From the NCBI GenBank assembly GCA_963726245.1, contig CAVSBT010000020.1, positions 1-52,118 on the forward strand: a DNA stretch of 52,118 bases, written 5' to 3'. Shown here one piece after another: positions 32,804 to 43,395 of this stretch (positions are counted from its first letter, which is position 1; every line of letters starts with the position of its first letter). The translations under genes were made by a program, and so were the position numbers. The stretch comes from an uncultured Chloroflexia bacterium. Lineage in GTDB: Bacteria; Chloroflexota; Dehalococcoidia; DSTF01; JALHUB01. The notes below the pieces were generated by a model. The model had not been told where the DNA came from. It saw only the letters and a list, made by a program, of their open reading frames with translations, and searched no databases.

Positions 32804-33259
32804 TTGATGCACGTTACTATCGACGGTTTCGGCGGAGATCAGCAGAAGCTATCGGACGAGAAGCTGGTACGCGCGCTCTTGGACCGCTATCCGGAGGAGA
32901 TCGGGATGACCAAGATCGCGCCGCCCCACGTCCACCGCTACGTTGGCAGGAAACCTGAAGACTGGGGGGTCTCCGGCTTCGTCCTTATCGCCGAGAGCCA
33001 CATCTCAATCCACACCTTCCCCGAACACGGCTACGTCTGGGTCGACATCTTCTCCTGCAAGGGCTTCGACGCCCGTCGACCCGTCGACGATATCCAGGAG
33101 CAGTTCCTCCTCGCCGAGGTGCGCACTCGAGTCCTGTCCCGCGGCCTGGAGTTTCCCCACACGCTGGAGGCGGCGTTACCCCTTGCCGCCCGCGAGCGCC
33201 AGGAGGTGGCGGAGGTCGTTGACGAGCGCCTCGCGGTCCGGCAAGGTAAACGCAGGTGA
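32804..33259 (+). CDS. speD: Pyruvoyl-dependent S-adenosylmethionine decarboxylase family proenzyme (substrate uncertain)
   Basis: GVSGFVLIAESHISIHTFPE (ES autocleavage site) and DIFSC. Confidence 0.88.
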   Translation: MMHVTIDGFGGDQQKLSDEKLVRALLDRYPEEIGMTKIAPPHVHRYVGRKPEDWGVSGFVLIAESHISIHTFPEHGYVWVDIFSCKGFDARRPVDDIQEQFLLAEVRTRVLSRGLEFPHTLEAALPLAARERQEVAEVVDERLAVRQGKRR

Positions 33260-34279
33260 GCGACCTCTTCCACAGCCGGGTCCGGCCGTTCTCGATTACC
33301 AACCAGCTATCCGCCGCCGAGATGGTCGACCGGATGGCCGGCACCGCCTTCCAAGCCCGCAACCTGGCCCAGGCGGTCCAGATCTGGGACCGCATGCTAC
33401 GTGACGACGTCACGATCTTCTTCGGCCTGGCGGGAGCGATGGTGCCCGCCGGTATGCGGCCCGTCATCGTCTACCTCATCGAGAACCGGCTCATCGATTG
33501 CCTGGTGAGCACCGGCGCCAATCTGTTTCACGACGTTTACGAGACCCTCGGCAAGCCCCACTGGCAGGGCAGCCCGGAGAGCGACGACGTGGAGCTGGGA
33601 CGGCGGCGCATCAACCGCTTCTACGATGTCCTGGCGCCCGAGACGGACTTTACCGCCGCCGAGGAGTTCGCGGTCAACTTCTCATTGACTCTGGACCCCG
33701 GCCGGCCCTACACGACGCGGGAGTACTTCTACCTCTTCGGGCAGGCCCTGGCAGCCGGTCGCCCAGGAGGAGGGCATCCTGACGGCCGCCGCCAAGCACG
33801 GCGTGCCCATCTATTCGCCGGCCCTGGGCGATAGCGTGCACGGCCTGGCCATCGCCGCCGGGCGGGTGAGGGCCGGGCAGCGGCTGGCTGTTCGACATCA
33901 TCGGCGACGTGCTGGAGACGGCCCACATCGCCGTCAGCGCCCAGGGCACCGGCGTCATCTACCTGGGCGGCGGCACGCCCAAGAACTTCATCCAGCAGGC
34001 GGAGGTGGCGGCTACATCTACTCGCGCGAGCTGCCGGGCCACAAGTACGCCATCCAGATCACCATGGACCAGCCGCAGTGGGGCGGCCTCTCCGGCTGCA
34101 CCTTCGAGGAGGCGCAGTCCTGGCGCAAGATCGCCCCCGACGCCAATATCGTCACCCTCAACGTCGAGGCGACAGTAGCCCTGCCTCTCATCGTCAGCGC
34201 CCTGGCCGAGGGCAGCGCGGAGGCCATCAAGACGCGCCGGCCGCCTACCATCAGCTTCGAGGGCATGCGGGGGGCGTGA
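33256..34279 (+). CDS. Deoxyhypusine synthase-like protein (frameshifted)
   Basis: AFQARNL, AGAMVPAG, STGANLFHD, GGGTPKNF and GGLSGCTFEEAQSWRK, with the catalytic Lys retained. Confidence 0.88.
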
Positions 34280-35202
34280 TGGCCGGACAACCGCTTCTAC
34301 CCTCCTCGCGGCTTTGCGGCGCCGCCGCCGGAGTTCACGGACTTCGCCACGCGCCCGCGTCGTCGTCCTGCCCGTCCCTTACGATTCCACCACCACCGCC
34401 AGGCCCGGCGCCCGTGACGGGCCCCGCGCCATCATCGACGCCTCCGAGGACATGGAGCTCTATGACCTGGCCCTCGGCCGGGAGCCATACCGCGCCGGCA
34501 TCCACACCCTGCCGGAGCTGGCGCCCCACGCCGGCGGCCCTGAGGCCATGCTGCGCCGCGTCGAGGAGGTGGTGCGAGAGCTGCTGGACGGCGGCAAGTT
34601 CGTGGTCATCCTGGGCGGCGAGCACACGGTGGCCCTCGGCGCCCTGCGCGCCCACGCCCGCCGCCAGCGCCGACCTCTCGGTGCTGGCGATAGACGCCCA
34701 CGCGGACCTGAGGGAGGAGTACCTGGACACCCCCTACAATCACGCCTGCACGCTACGGCGCATCCTCGAGGCCCTGCCTCCGGGCGACGGCGAGCCGCTG
34801 GTGCAGGTGGGCCTGCGCAGCGCCTCCGCCGAGGAGGTAGCCTTCATCCACGAGGGGCGTCTCCCCTTCTACTCGCCGCGGACGCTGCGCGAGGTGGGGC
34901 CCGACGCCCTGCTGTCGTCCCTGCGCCAGAACGTCTACGTCACGATCGACCTCGACGGGCTGGACCCGTCGCAGATGGCGGCGGTGGGGACGCCGGAGCC
35001 CGGCGGCCTCCTGTGGGATGAGGTGAGCGACCTGCTGGCGGCGCTGGCGCGGCAGAAGCGCATCGTGGGGTTCGACGTGACGGAGCTGGCGCCGCACCTG
35101 GGGCCCTTCGCCTGCGCCCAGGCGGCGGCCAAGCTCGCCTACCGGCTCATCGGGCTGGCCCTGCGGCTCGCCAGAATGAGCAACGAGCGAAGCGAACCTT
35201 GA
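34279..35202 (+). CDS. speB: Agmatinase / ureohydrolase (frameshifted)
   Basis: PYDSTTT..PGARDGP, LGGEH, DAHAD, DLDGLD and GTPEPGG. Confidence 0.9.
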   Translation: MAGQPLLPSSRLCGAAAGVHGLRHAPASSSCPSLTIPPPPPGPAPVTGPAPSSTPPRTWSSMTWPSAGSHTAPASTPCRSWRPTPAALRPCCAASRRWCESCWTAASSWSSWAASTRWPSAPCAPTPAASADLSVLAIDAHADLREEYLDTPYNHACTLRRILEALPPGDGEPLVQVGLRSASAEEVAFIHEGRLPFYSPRTLREVGPDALLSSLRQNVYVTIDLDGLDPSQMAAVGTPEPGGLLWDEVSDLLAALARQKRIVGFDVTELAPHLGPFACAQAAAKLAYRLIGLALRLARMSNERSEP

Positions 35203-35237
35203 CAGCCGCCTCCTAGGTACGTGGTCGCCTGCGCGCC

Positions 35238-35739
35238 TCAGGCCGTGGCCTGCTGCTTGAGGGCGCGGATGTGCTCAAGGTGCATCGCCTCGTGGCGGAC
35301 CAGTTGCTCCACATGCTGACGTATGTTGAAGACGCCCCGCTCCTCATGGCGGCCGGTGCGCAGCCAGTCGGCATCCGCCAGCTCGGTCAGCACTCGCACC
35401 GTCTGGCGGCGGAAGGAGGCCAGCTCGTCGAGGACAGCCTGGAGGTCGGCCTCCTGGTAGTTGTGCTCCCGGATCAGGACCTCCTGATCGTAGCCGGGCA
35501 GGAATGGGCGCTCCTCCCTGATCATCGCTGCACAGCCGCTCGTGGTCGATCTCGGCGAAGTCCCGCAGGTGGCCGATGACCTCCTTCAGCGACCACTGGC
35601 CGTCGCCGGGGCGAAAGCGTAGCTCCTCCTCGCGGAGCCCCTTCACTTCCTCGCTCACCCGCTCGGGCGTCAGCCGGAGGGCCTCGATCATCGCCAGCCG
35701 GTCTGCCTGTTTCCTCTTCGAAGATCGAGATGAAGTCAT
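35238..35739 (-). CDS. DinB family protein (frameshift ~35525)
   Basis: WSLKEVIGHLRD, YDQE, GRH and HEAMHLEHI. Confidence 0.82.
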
Positions 35740-36609
35740 CTCCGTCCCTGCTTCAGCGTTCCCAGCAGGCGGTCCAGCAACGCCTGGAACTCCTCGTCGC
35801 TGTAGAAGTGGATGGTGAGGCGGCCGCCGCGCCGCCCTAGTTTCAGGCTGACCCGGGTGCCCAGGGCGGCACGCAGTCGCTGCTCCAGGTCAGACACATC
35901 GGGGTCAGGCCGCTGCCGGGCCGCCCTCGTCCGCGACGCCGTCGGCCAGCGGCGCACCAGCGCCTCCGTCTCCCGCACCGACAGCCCCCGCTCGACCACC
36001 TTTCGCCAGGCCTGGCGTCTCTGCGCCTCGTCCGCCAGCCCCAGCAAGGCGCGGGCGTGGCCCTCGCTGATCTCGCCTTGGGCCAGGCTGGCCTTCAGGT
36101 CCTCGCTGAGGGTGAGGAGGCGCAGCGTGTTGGCAACGGCGGTACGGCTGCGGCCGACGCGGGCGGCGACGCTCTCCTGGGTGAGGCCGAACTCGTCAAG
36201 GAGGCGGCGGAAGGCCTGGGCCTCCTCCAGGGCGTTGAGGTCGGCGCGCTGGAGGTTCTCCACCAGGGCCAGCTCCAGCACCTCGCTCGAGGTGGCCTCC
36301 TTGACGACGACGGGCACGCGCGTCAGGCCCGCCAGACGGGCCGCCTGGAGCCGCCTCTCGCCGGCGATGAGCTGGTAGACGGCGGGACCCTCGCCCTCTG
36401 GCTGGACCCGCGTGACCAGTACGGGCTGGATGACGCCGTGTTCGCCGATGCTCTCGCGCCAGCTCAGACAGCGACTCAGGGTCGAAATGCGCCCTTGGCT
36501 GGTGCGGGTTGGAGACGATGAGGTCGACGTCCACGGCTTCCACGCCCGGTGTGAACGTGGGAATGAGGGCGCCGAGCCCCCGACCCAGGCCGCTCTTCAC
36601 TTTCGTCAT
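35736..36609 (-). CDS. parB: Chromosome partitioning protein ParB/Spo0J (frameshift ~36455)
   Basis: GLGRGLGALI, NPHQPR, AGERR, ALVENLQRADLN and HTH SRTAVANTLRLL. Confidence 0.95.
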
Positions 36610-37427
36610 CGCTGCCTCCTGCCCACCGACGCCCCGGGGCTCGCCGGTCGCTCGCCGGCCGAGGCGGGACGCCTGCCCAGAACAGCCAGGACCTCATCGG
36701 CCAGCGCCTCGTAGGCCTTGCCGCCTCTCGATGCCGGATCGTAGGCAGAGATGGGCAGCCCGTGGCTGGGGGCCTCGCTGAGACGCACACTGCGGGGTAT
36801 GACGGCCTGGAAGGTGTTGGGGAAGTGAGAGCGCACCTCCTGGGCCACCTGCTGCGAGAGGTTGGTGCGGCCGTCGAACATCGTGAGCAGGAGGCCCAGA
36901 AGCTGCAGCCTCTGGTTCAGGTTGTGCCGGACGAGGTCCAGGGTCTGAATGAGCTGCCCTAAGCCTTCCAGCGCTAGGTACTCGCACTGGACGGGGACGA
37001 TGACCTGCTCGGCGGCTGTGAGCGCGTTGATCGTGAGGAGGCTCAGCGAAGGCGGACAGTCGATCATGACCAGATCATAGGCGCCACGAGCTGTTTCCAG
37101 GGCTCGCCGCAGGCGGTATTCGCGGGCCATGGCCGGGACCAGCTCCACCTCGGCACCCGCCAGGTCAGAGCCCGACGGGACGAGCCGAAGACCGGGCTGC
37201 ATCGTCTCTAAGGTCACCTCCTCGATGGTGGCCTCTTCGATGAGCACCTGGTAGATGCTGCGACCGTCAGGCGCGCTGAGGCCGAGGCCGGCCGTGGCGT
37301 TGGCCTGGGGGTCCATGTCCACCAGCAGCACCTGTTGTTGCCGCGCCGCCAGGCAGGCCCCCAGGTTGATGGCGGTGGTCGTCTTGCCCACTCCGCCCTT
37401 TTGGTTCGCGAGTGCTAGTATCGTCAT
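36606..37427 (-). CDS. parA: ParA/Soj ATPase
   Basis: NQKGGVGKTTT, DMDPQAN, DCPPSL, QCEYLALEG and EAPSHG. Confidence 0.95.
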   Translation of the reverse strand: MTILALANQKGGVGKTTTAINLGACLAARQQQVLLVDMDPQANATAGLGLSAPDGRSIYQVLIEEATIEEVTLETMQPGLRLVPSGSDLAGAEVELVPAMAREYRLRRALETARGAYDLVMIDCPPSLSLLTINALTAAEQVIVPVQCEYLALEGLGQLIQTLDLVRHNLNQRLQLLGLLLTMFDGRTNLSQQVAQEVRSHFPNTFQAVIPRSVRLSEAPSHGLPISAYDPASRGGKAYEALADEVLAVLGRRPASAGERPASPGASVGRRQR

Positions 37428-38270
37428 CGCAGGACGATCTCCGGGTGCCGCGCCATTCGCTCTTCCACCTGCCTCCGGTCGGCGACGGCCAGCATGCCCT
37501 CGCCGGAGACGGAGAGGCTGGCGGCGGCGGCGGCGAAGCGGGCTGCCAGGGCCGCATCGCCGCTTTCGGAGAGGCGGATCAAGAACGCGGCGGCGAAGAC
37601 GTCGCCGGCCCCGGTGGGGTCCACCTCGCGCTCGGGAAAGGCGTCGACGTGGCGCCAGCGGCCATCGACGTGCAGGCAGGCGCCTCGCGAGGCCCGGCTG
37701 TAGGCGACCATGGGGAAGACCGCCGTCCAGTCGCCCAGCGGGCCCTCATCGCCGGCCAAGTCGTCATCCGATACGAATACTGCGTCTACGCCCTGCCATG
37801 CGGGCGAGTCCGGCCAGGGACGCCTGGTGACACGACCCTCGGCGTCCACTTCGCGCAACCAGCCCTGCGCCGAGGCCCCGACCAGGGAGCCCGCGAAGAG
37901 GCGAGGCCGCCTCCGGGGACACCTCGCCGCACACAGGGCCCAGCAGCACGATGGGAGCGGTCCGCCAGGCATCCGGCACGTCGCTCAGGGCGAGGCTTCG
38001 CGCTTGGGCCAGGACGTGCTGGGTACGCCGCCCGTCCTGGTAACAGTTACGGAAGGTAGTCGCCCGACGCGATGGCACGCGGTGCACCTCCACACCGGGC
38101 AGAAGAGCGGCCAGGTCCATGGAGGCAGGGGCGCTGGTGACCACCGCGGCCCGCAGGCCCAGTCGCGCGCCCTGAAGGGACGCGTAGGCCGCCGTCCCGC
38201 CCAGCCGCCAGCCGCCGGGAACCAGGTCCTTCACCACGTGACCTATGACCAGGAAATCAGGCCTCGCCAT
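37424..38270 (-). CDS. PfkB-family carbohydrate kinase (frameshifted ~37880-37900)
   Basis: GGTAAY near the N-terminus and DPTGAGDVFAA near the C-terminus. Confidence 0.85.
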
Positions 38271-38302
38271 GTGCCGGTGCCTTCAAGCGCCCGCAGCGGC
38301 CC

Positions 38303-39049
38303 TCAGCGCCGTGGAGTTATGGCCACCTTCCGGCTCTCGCCCTCGCCGATGCTGACGGTGATCACGGTCGGGTCCTTGGCCAGGGCCAGGTGCACAATGC
38401 GCCGCTCGTTCGGCGGCATGGGCTCGAGGGTGATCGACTGACCCGTCGACTTGACGCGGTCCGCCATGCGCAGAGCGAGCCCTTTGAGCGACTCCTCGCG
38501 GCGGCGCCTATACCCCTCGACGTCGATACCGAAGGCCGTGCGCGCCTTCAGCTTGCGGCTGACGACAAGGTTGACCAGGAATTGCAGCGACGACAGGGTA
38601 TCTCCCCGGCGGCCGATGAGGATGCCCAGGTCCTCGCCGGAGACGTCCAAGACAGCTCTGACCAGGCCCAGGCCGTCGCCGGGAGTCTCAGGGGCGCGCA
38701 CCTGGACCGAGGCATCGACATTCATCAGCTCGAGGAGGCGCTTCAGGACGCCGACGGCGGTCTCCAGGTCCTCCTCTGTCAGGGCAGCGGCCCCCGGTGC
38801 AGGAGCGGTGGCCCCCGACGCGGGCCCAGCGGCCTCCGGTGCAGAGGCAGCGGCGCCCGGTGTGGGGGCAGCGGCGCCGCCCTTGGGCCGGACGAGCACG
38901 CGGGCGCGGTCGCCGCCGATGCCCAGGATGCCGGAGCGTCCCATACTGAGAACCTCTACCTCGACCTCGGTTTCATCAAGGCCCAGTTTCTCAAGCGCTT
39001 TCTCGATGGCTTCGTCTACGGTCTTACCGCTTTCCTCGACGCCGTCCAC
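38303..39049 (-). CDS. jag: RNA-binding protein Jag/EloR/KhpB
   Basis: Jag_N GKTVDEAI, KH LIGRRGDTL and R3H ERRIVH. Confidence 0.95.
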   Translation of the reverse strand: MDGVEESGKTVDEAIEKALEKLGLDETEVEVEVLSMGRSGILGIGGDRARVLVRPKGGAAAPTPGAAASAPEAAGPASGATAPAPGAAALTEEDLETAVGVLKRLLELMNVDASVQVRAPETPGDGLGLVRAVLDVSGEDLGILIGRRGDTLSSLQFLVNLVVSRKLKARTAFGIDVEGYRRRREESLKGLALRMADRVKSTGQSITLEPMPPNERRIVHLALAKDPTVITVSIGEGESRKVAITPRR

Positions 39050-39902
39050 GCGAACGTCTCCTTCTGCCCCTGCTCTCAGATGCAGTGGATGCTGTCTCCG
39101 CGACAGGCTCCTCTACGCCCTCTTTGTTCTCCGCCTGGGTAGCCGGAGCGACCTGGCGAGCCGGAGCCCGAGCGGGAAGGAAGACCTCGCGCCAGGTCTG
39201 CCCTGCGGGCCGCATGTAGAAGTACTGCAGGGTCACGCCGATGATGTTGGTCGCGCACCAGTACAACCCCAGTCCGCTGGGCACCGTCAGAGTAAACCAG
39301 GCGAACATGAGGGGCATCATCCATAGCATCGTGTTGTTCATCGACTGCTGCCGCTCGTCGCCAATGTTCCTGGGGGTCGTCATCTTCTGCTGCACCCAGG
39401 CGGAGGCACCTACAAGGATGGCCAAAAGGAAGGTGGTATCCGGCTGTGCCAGGTCCAGCCAGAGGAAGCGATTCTGCAAGGGCACGGCTTGGCGCACATA
39501 GGCCCAGGGGTAGAGCCGCTGCGACAGGCCGATGAAGCTCTCCGGCGTGGAGCCCAGGACGAGGCGGATGGTCCGGTAGAGGGCGATCCAGATGGGGAAC
39601 TGAATGATCATGGGAAGGATGCAGCCCGCCGGGTTGACTCCAGCCTCCTTGTACAGCTTCATCGTCTCCTCGGAGCGCCGGCGCGGGTCCTTGTACTTCT
39701 TCTGGATCTCCTGAAGCTGGGGCTGAATCACGGACATAGCCCGCGACGCGCGTATCTGGCGCAGAGTGAGGGGAAATGTCGCCCCGCGGATAACAACCGT
39801 GAAGATGATGATGGCGATGCCGAAGCTGCCGGCGAAGAACCTGGCCAGCACTATGAGAATGTTGGTCATCGGGTCCACGAGGAAGAGGTCGAACGGGTTC
39901 AT
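39024..39902 (-). CDS. yidC: Membrane protein insertase YidC
   Basis: FGIAIIIFT..IR, PLT..Q, GVNPAGCILPMIIQFPI and PSGLGLYW. Confidence 0.95.
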   Translation of the reverse strand: MNPFDLFLVDPMTNILIVLARFFAGSFGIAIIIFTVVIRGATFPLTLRQIRASRAMSVIQPQLQEIQKKYKDPRRRSEETMKLYKEAGVNPAGCILPMIIQFPIWIALYRTIRLVLGSTPESFIGLSQRLYPWAYVRQAVPLQNRFLWLDLAQPDTTFLLAILVGASAWVQQKMTTPRNIGDERQQSMNNTMLWMMPLMFAWFTLTVPSGLGLYWCATNIIGVTLQYFYMRPAGQTWREVFLPARAPARQVAPATQAENKEGVEEPVAETASTASESRGRRRRSRGRRRGKR

Positions 39903-39917
39903 CGCGCTCCCGTCACC

Positions 39918-41076
39918 CTAAGGGGCCACCTGGCTGAAGCTCCCGGCTTGCGCATCCACGCGCAGCAGTTTCCAGTCGCTGGTGCTCATCAAGACCTCAT
40001 TGTTCATCACCAGCGGGTTGGCGAGCACGTCGGACCCCAGGAGGACGGACGGCCAGCGCTCCTCGCCGGTCGCCGGGTCCAGGCCGTACACGTTTCCATT
40101 CTGGTCCGCGACCACCAGCGTGCCGCCCGCCAAAGCCGGCTGGGCGCGAATCGGCGCCTTCGCCGTGAACGGCTTGCTCCAGCGGGACTCGCCGGTGGCG
40201 GCGTCGAGGGCATAGACATGATGGTCCAAGCCCCCAAAATACACCACGCCGTTCGCCACCAGCGGGTCGCACCAGATCCAGTTGCCCGCCTTGAAGGACC
40301 AGGCTACGTTCCCTGTCGCCTTGTCGAGGGCATAAACGCGGTTGTCCAGGGCGCCCACGTAGAGCCGGTCTCCCGCCAGGGCGGGCGTCGATGGAACGGC
40401 GCCGTTGGCCTGGAAGGGCTGCGACCACTTCGGCCGGCCCGTGGCGGCGTCCAGGGCGTAGACGTGATGGTCCATAGACGTGACGTACAACGTGCCCTGA
40501 TCGACCACCGGCGTCGACCAGATGGCGCCTTGAGCTTGGAAGGGAGTCCAGCGGGAATTCCCGCTGGCAGCATCGAAGGCATAGAGCTTGTTGTCGGAGG
40601 AACCGACGTACACCGTGCCGTTGACGAGGGCGGCCCCGCCGACGATGGCGCCGCCGGTCTTCTGCTGCCAGACCGTCTCCCCTGTTGCCAGGTCCAGGGC
40701 ATAGAAGGTGCCGTCGAAGGCGCCCACGTAGACGCGGCCGTCGCCGGTCACGGGCGTCCCGTAGATAGCCTTCAGGTCTATGTTCTTGGCGCCTTGGGGC
40801 GGGAACTGCCAGGTCTGCTGGTTTGTCTGCGGGTCGAAGGCGCTTAGCTTGCCCTTTGCCAGGGTTACGAGGAGCGTGTTGTCGACGGCGACCGGCGCCG
40901 CCCATCCTTCAGGGGTGGACGACTGCACCGCAGGCGCTGAGGAGCAGAAGGCCGAGCAACGACAGCCCGATTAGCAGGGCGGCGCTCCGGACGCCCGCGG
41001 CAGGCTTGAGAGGCGCAGCCGGACATGGGCGGCGCCCGCGGACTGTTTCACGTGAAACGACTGTCGAGACCTGCAA
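39918..41076 (-). CDS. PQQ-like/BamB-like beta-propeller lipoprotein (frameshift ~40930)
   Basis: Repeated YALDAATG..W blades; the upstream frame encodes a signal ending LLLSAC (lipobox). The start codon is uncertain. Confidence 0.82.
41044..41059. promoter_or_regulatory. parS centromere-like site
   Basis: TGTTTCACGTGAAACG, a 15/16 match to TGTTTCACGTGAAACA, about 4 kb from parAB. Confidence 0.88.
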
Positions 41077-41085
41077 TCCGCTCTC

Positions 41086-41292
41086 TCAGGGTACCGGGTC
41101 GTAGCCGCCGCGGTGCCAGGGATGGCAACGCAGGAGACGCCACAAGGTTAGCCAGGCGCCCTTCGCCAGGCCGTATCTCTCGATGGCCTCGTATCCGTAA
41201 CGGGAGCACGTGGGCTGGAATCGGCAGGAAGGCGGCTTGCCAGCGAAGACCCGCTGGTAGCCACGGACAAGACCGAGCGCCAGGCGTCTCAT
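41086..41292 (-). CDS. yidD: Membrane protein insertion efficiency factor YidD
   Basis: [17 protein letters not shown] and GGYDPVP. Confidence 0.95.
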   Translation of the reverse strand: MRRLALGLVRGYQRVFAGKPPSCRFQPTCSRYGYEAIERYGLAKGAWLTLWRLLRCHPWHRGGYDPVP

Positions 41293-41672
41293 CCTTTGCT
41301 TATCTCCATACCGGCCGGGCCCGCCTCACTGGCGGGCAACGCCGGAGTCAGCAGTCTGGCCCGAGAGAGGAGCCCGGCCGCCGTCCGGCGCAAGGTGTGG
41401 AAGTCGGCGGCGGCGGCCTTCGGCCTGGCAATGACCACTATGTCCCAGCCGGGCTGCACGAGCAGCGTACGAACCCCCTCCCGCAGACGCCGCCTCACCA
41501 GATTGCGGACAACCGCCTTCCCCACCGCCTTGCTGACTGCGAACCCATAGCGGCTGTAGGGGAGCTCGTTGGGGAGAAGGCGTAAGACCAGCAGCGGATG
41601 GGCAAGCGCGCGGCCCTTGCGATAGACGGCGGTGAAGTCGCGACGCTTGGTCAGCCGTTGCTTCTGGCGCAT
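41289..41672 (-). CDS. rnpA: Ribonuclease P protein component
   Basis: RL.KRRDF..VY and [23 protein letters not shown]. Confidence 0.95.
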   Translation of the reverse strand: MRQKQRLTKRRDFTAVYRKGRALAHPLLVLRLLPNELPYSRYGFAVSKAVGKAVVRNLVRRRLREGVRTLLVQPGWDIVVIARPKAAAADFHTLRRTAAGLLSRARLLTPALPASEAGPAGMEISKG

Positions 41673-41721
41673 CCCTGGCCGCCGCCGAGCAGATATGCCG
41701 GCCCCACCCCCGGGCCGCGGT

Positions 41722-41862
41722 CTAGACGACGGTCAGCCGCCAGCGCCCCTTGAGCCGACGACGCCGGAGGACGTTGCGACCGCCGGGGGTGCTCATCCGG
41801 GCACGGAAGCCGTGCTCACGCTTGCGGGGGATTCGCTTCGGTTGATAAGTGCGCTTCGGCAC
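41722..41862 (-). CDS. rpmH: 50S ribosomal protein L34
   Basis: Manual translation [46 protein letters not shown]. Confidence 0.95.
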   Translation of the reverse strand: MPKRTYQPKRIPRKREHGFRARMSTPGGRNVLRRRRLKGRWRLTVV

Positions 41863-41892
41863 GGCGTCTTTCCCTACTAAAACTACCGCCTC

Positions 41893-41921
41893 ATTGTAGG
41901 AGTTGCCTTAGGGGGTGTCAA
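41893..41921 (-). promoter_or_regulatory. rpmH promoter
   Basis: TTGACA-17-TACAAT on the minus strand. Confidence 0.75.
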
Positions 41922-42011
41922 TTGTGCCTCTCTATCAGTGGATGCGAACATACGTGCTGTCCCACGTGAGCTGCCGTGTCGGCCGGTGCCCCAAACCACT
42001 GTGAGGCGCAC

Positions 42012-42131
42012 GTAAGGACGAACCTTCAGGTTCGTCCGCTAAGCCTGCTGAAACACAGGTGTCGTGTCTTGGGGCGGACGGAGCTCCCGCCTAAGGCGGG
42101 TCCGCCTCCGGCGGAGAAGCTCCGTCCTTAC
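42012..42131. repeat. Inverted GTAA-type REP pair, second copy interrupted by nested palindromes
   Basis: GTAAGGACGAACCTTCAGGTTCGTCC, then GGACGGAGCT[CCCGCCTAAGGCGGG TCCGCCTCCGGCGGA]GAAGCTCCGTCCTTAC. Confidence 0.7.
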
Positions 42132-42348
42132 AACGAGAAGACTCCCGGCTCCAATTGGCTGCCAGCGCCGGTGTGTCAATCCGTGGCGGGTAACTGATTC
42201 ACTTGGCAGGCCATTTAGCGCCTGCTATGATGCGTGTGTGGAGACAGTGGCGGGTCTGCCCGTCGCCATCTCCGGAGGAACGTGAGCATTCCAGGGAGTG
42301 CGCCGCGTGTGCGCTCCCCTTCTGGGTGGTGGCAAGGGAGGTCTTATC

Positions 42349-43395
42349 ATGTTGGCCGATGCCCTCTTGCGGGGCGCCGGCGCTGTCGTCTTTGGCGTCG
42401 GAGGTCTGTTTCTGGGAAGCTGGTTGGCGCGCGACCAGGGCGGCGCCGCGTCCGCCGCTCTGTACACCGTTCTGCCCGTCGGCTTCGGCTCCCTGGGGGC
42501 CATAGCCGCCCCCTACCTGACGTGGGCGCCTTACCGCTGGCTGCTCGGCCGCTGGCGCTCGGTGAGCAACAGCCAGCTCGCCCTGGGCCTTGCCGGCCTG
42601 CTGCTGGGGCTCATCGTATCGGCCCTGCTCACTCCAGCCCTCACGGCGCTGCCCGGCCGGGCAGGGTTCATCGCCCCGCTGGTGGCGGCGGCCGTGGCCG
42701 GCGTTCTGGGGACCATTGTGGGCCTCGCTCGCGGCGATGCGATCGGTCAGTCCTTGTCGCGGCGCCTTCCGCCGGTGCCTATACCCAAGCGTGCCGGGCC
42801 CGCTGAGAGCCTTATCGTCGATACCAGCGCCATCATCGACGGGCGCATCGCCGATATCTGTCAGGCCGGCTTCGTCCAGAGCACGCTGGTCGTGCCCCGC
42901 TTCGTCCTCGATGAGCTGCGCTACATAGCTGACTCGTCCGACTCGCTGCGTCGCAACCGGGGGCGCCGCGGCCTCGAGGTGCTCACACGCCTCCAGAAGG
43001 AGGCCGCCGTCCCCATCGAGATCGTCGAGGTGGACTACGCTGACAGCAGCGACGTGGACAGCAAGCTGGTCCGTCTGGCTGCCGCCTACGGCAGCCCCAT
43101 CCTCACCAACGACTTCAACCTCAACAGAGTGGCGGAGCTGGAGGGCGTCCGCGTCCTCAACATCAACCAGCTGGCCAACGCCGTGAAGTCGGTGGTCCTC
43201 CCCGGCGAGGAGATGGCGATCCGCATCATCCAGGAGGGCAAGGAGATGGGGCAGGGCGTTGGCTTCCTGGACGACGGCACCATGGTGGTGGTGGAGGGCG
43301 GACGCCGCCACCTCAACGACGACCTCGACGTGGTGGTGACGCGCGTGCTGCAGACAGTGGCCGGCCGGATGATCTTCGCCCAGCCCAAGCCGTAG
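42349..43395 (+). CDS. PIN/TRAM domain membrane protein (YacL-like)
   Basis: Four N-terminal TMs, [38 protein letters not shown] and GRMIF. Confidence 0.92.
   Translation: MLADALLRGAGAVVFGVGGLFLGSWLARDQGGAASAALYTVLPVGFGSLGAIAAPYLTWAPYRWLLGRWRSVSNSQLALGLAGLLLGLIVSALLTPALTALPGRAGFIAPLVAAAVAGVLGTIVGLARGDAIGQSLSRRLPPVPIPKRAGPAESLIVDTSAIIDGRIADICQAGFVQSTLVVPRFVLDELRYIADSSDSLRRNRGRRGLEVLTRLQKEAAVPIEIVEVDYADSSDVDSKLVRLAAAYGSPILTNDFNLNRVAELEGVRVLNINQLANAVKSVVLPGEEMAIRIIQEGKEMGQGVGFLDDGTMVVVEGGRRHLNDDLDVVVTRVLQTVAGRMIFAQPKP

Noticed and set aside
41863-42348. Possible oriC upstream of rpmH
   Set aside because: No DnaA-box cluster, no AT-rich unwinding element and no adjacent dnaA.
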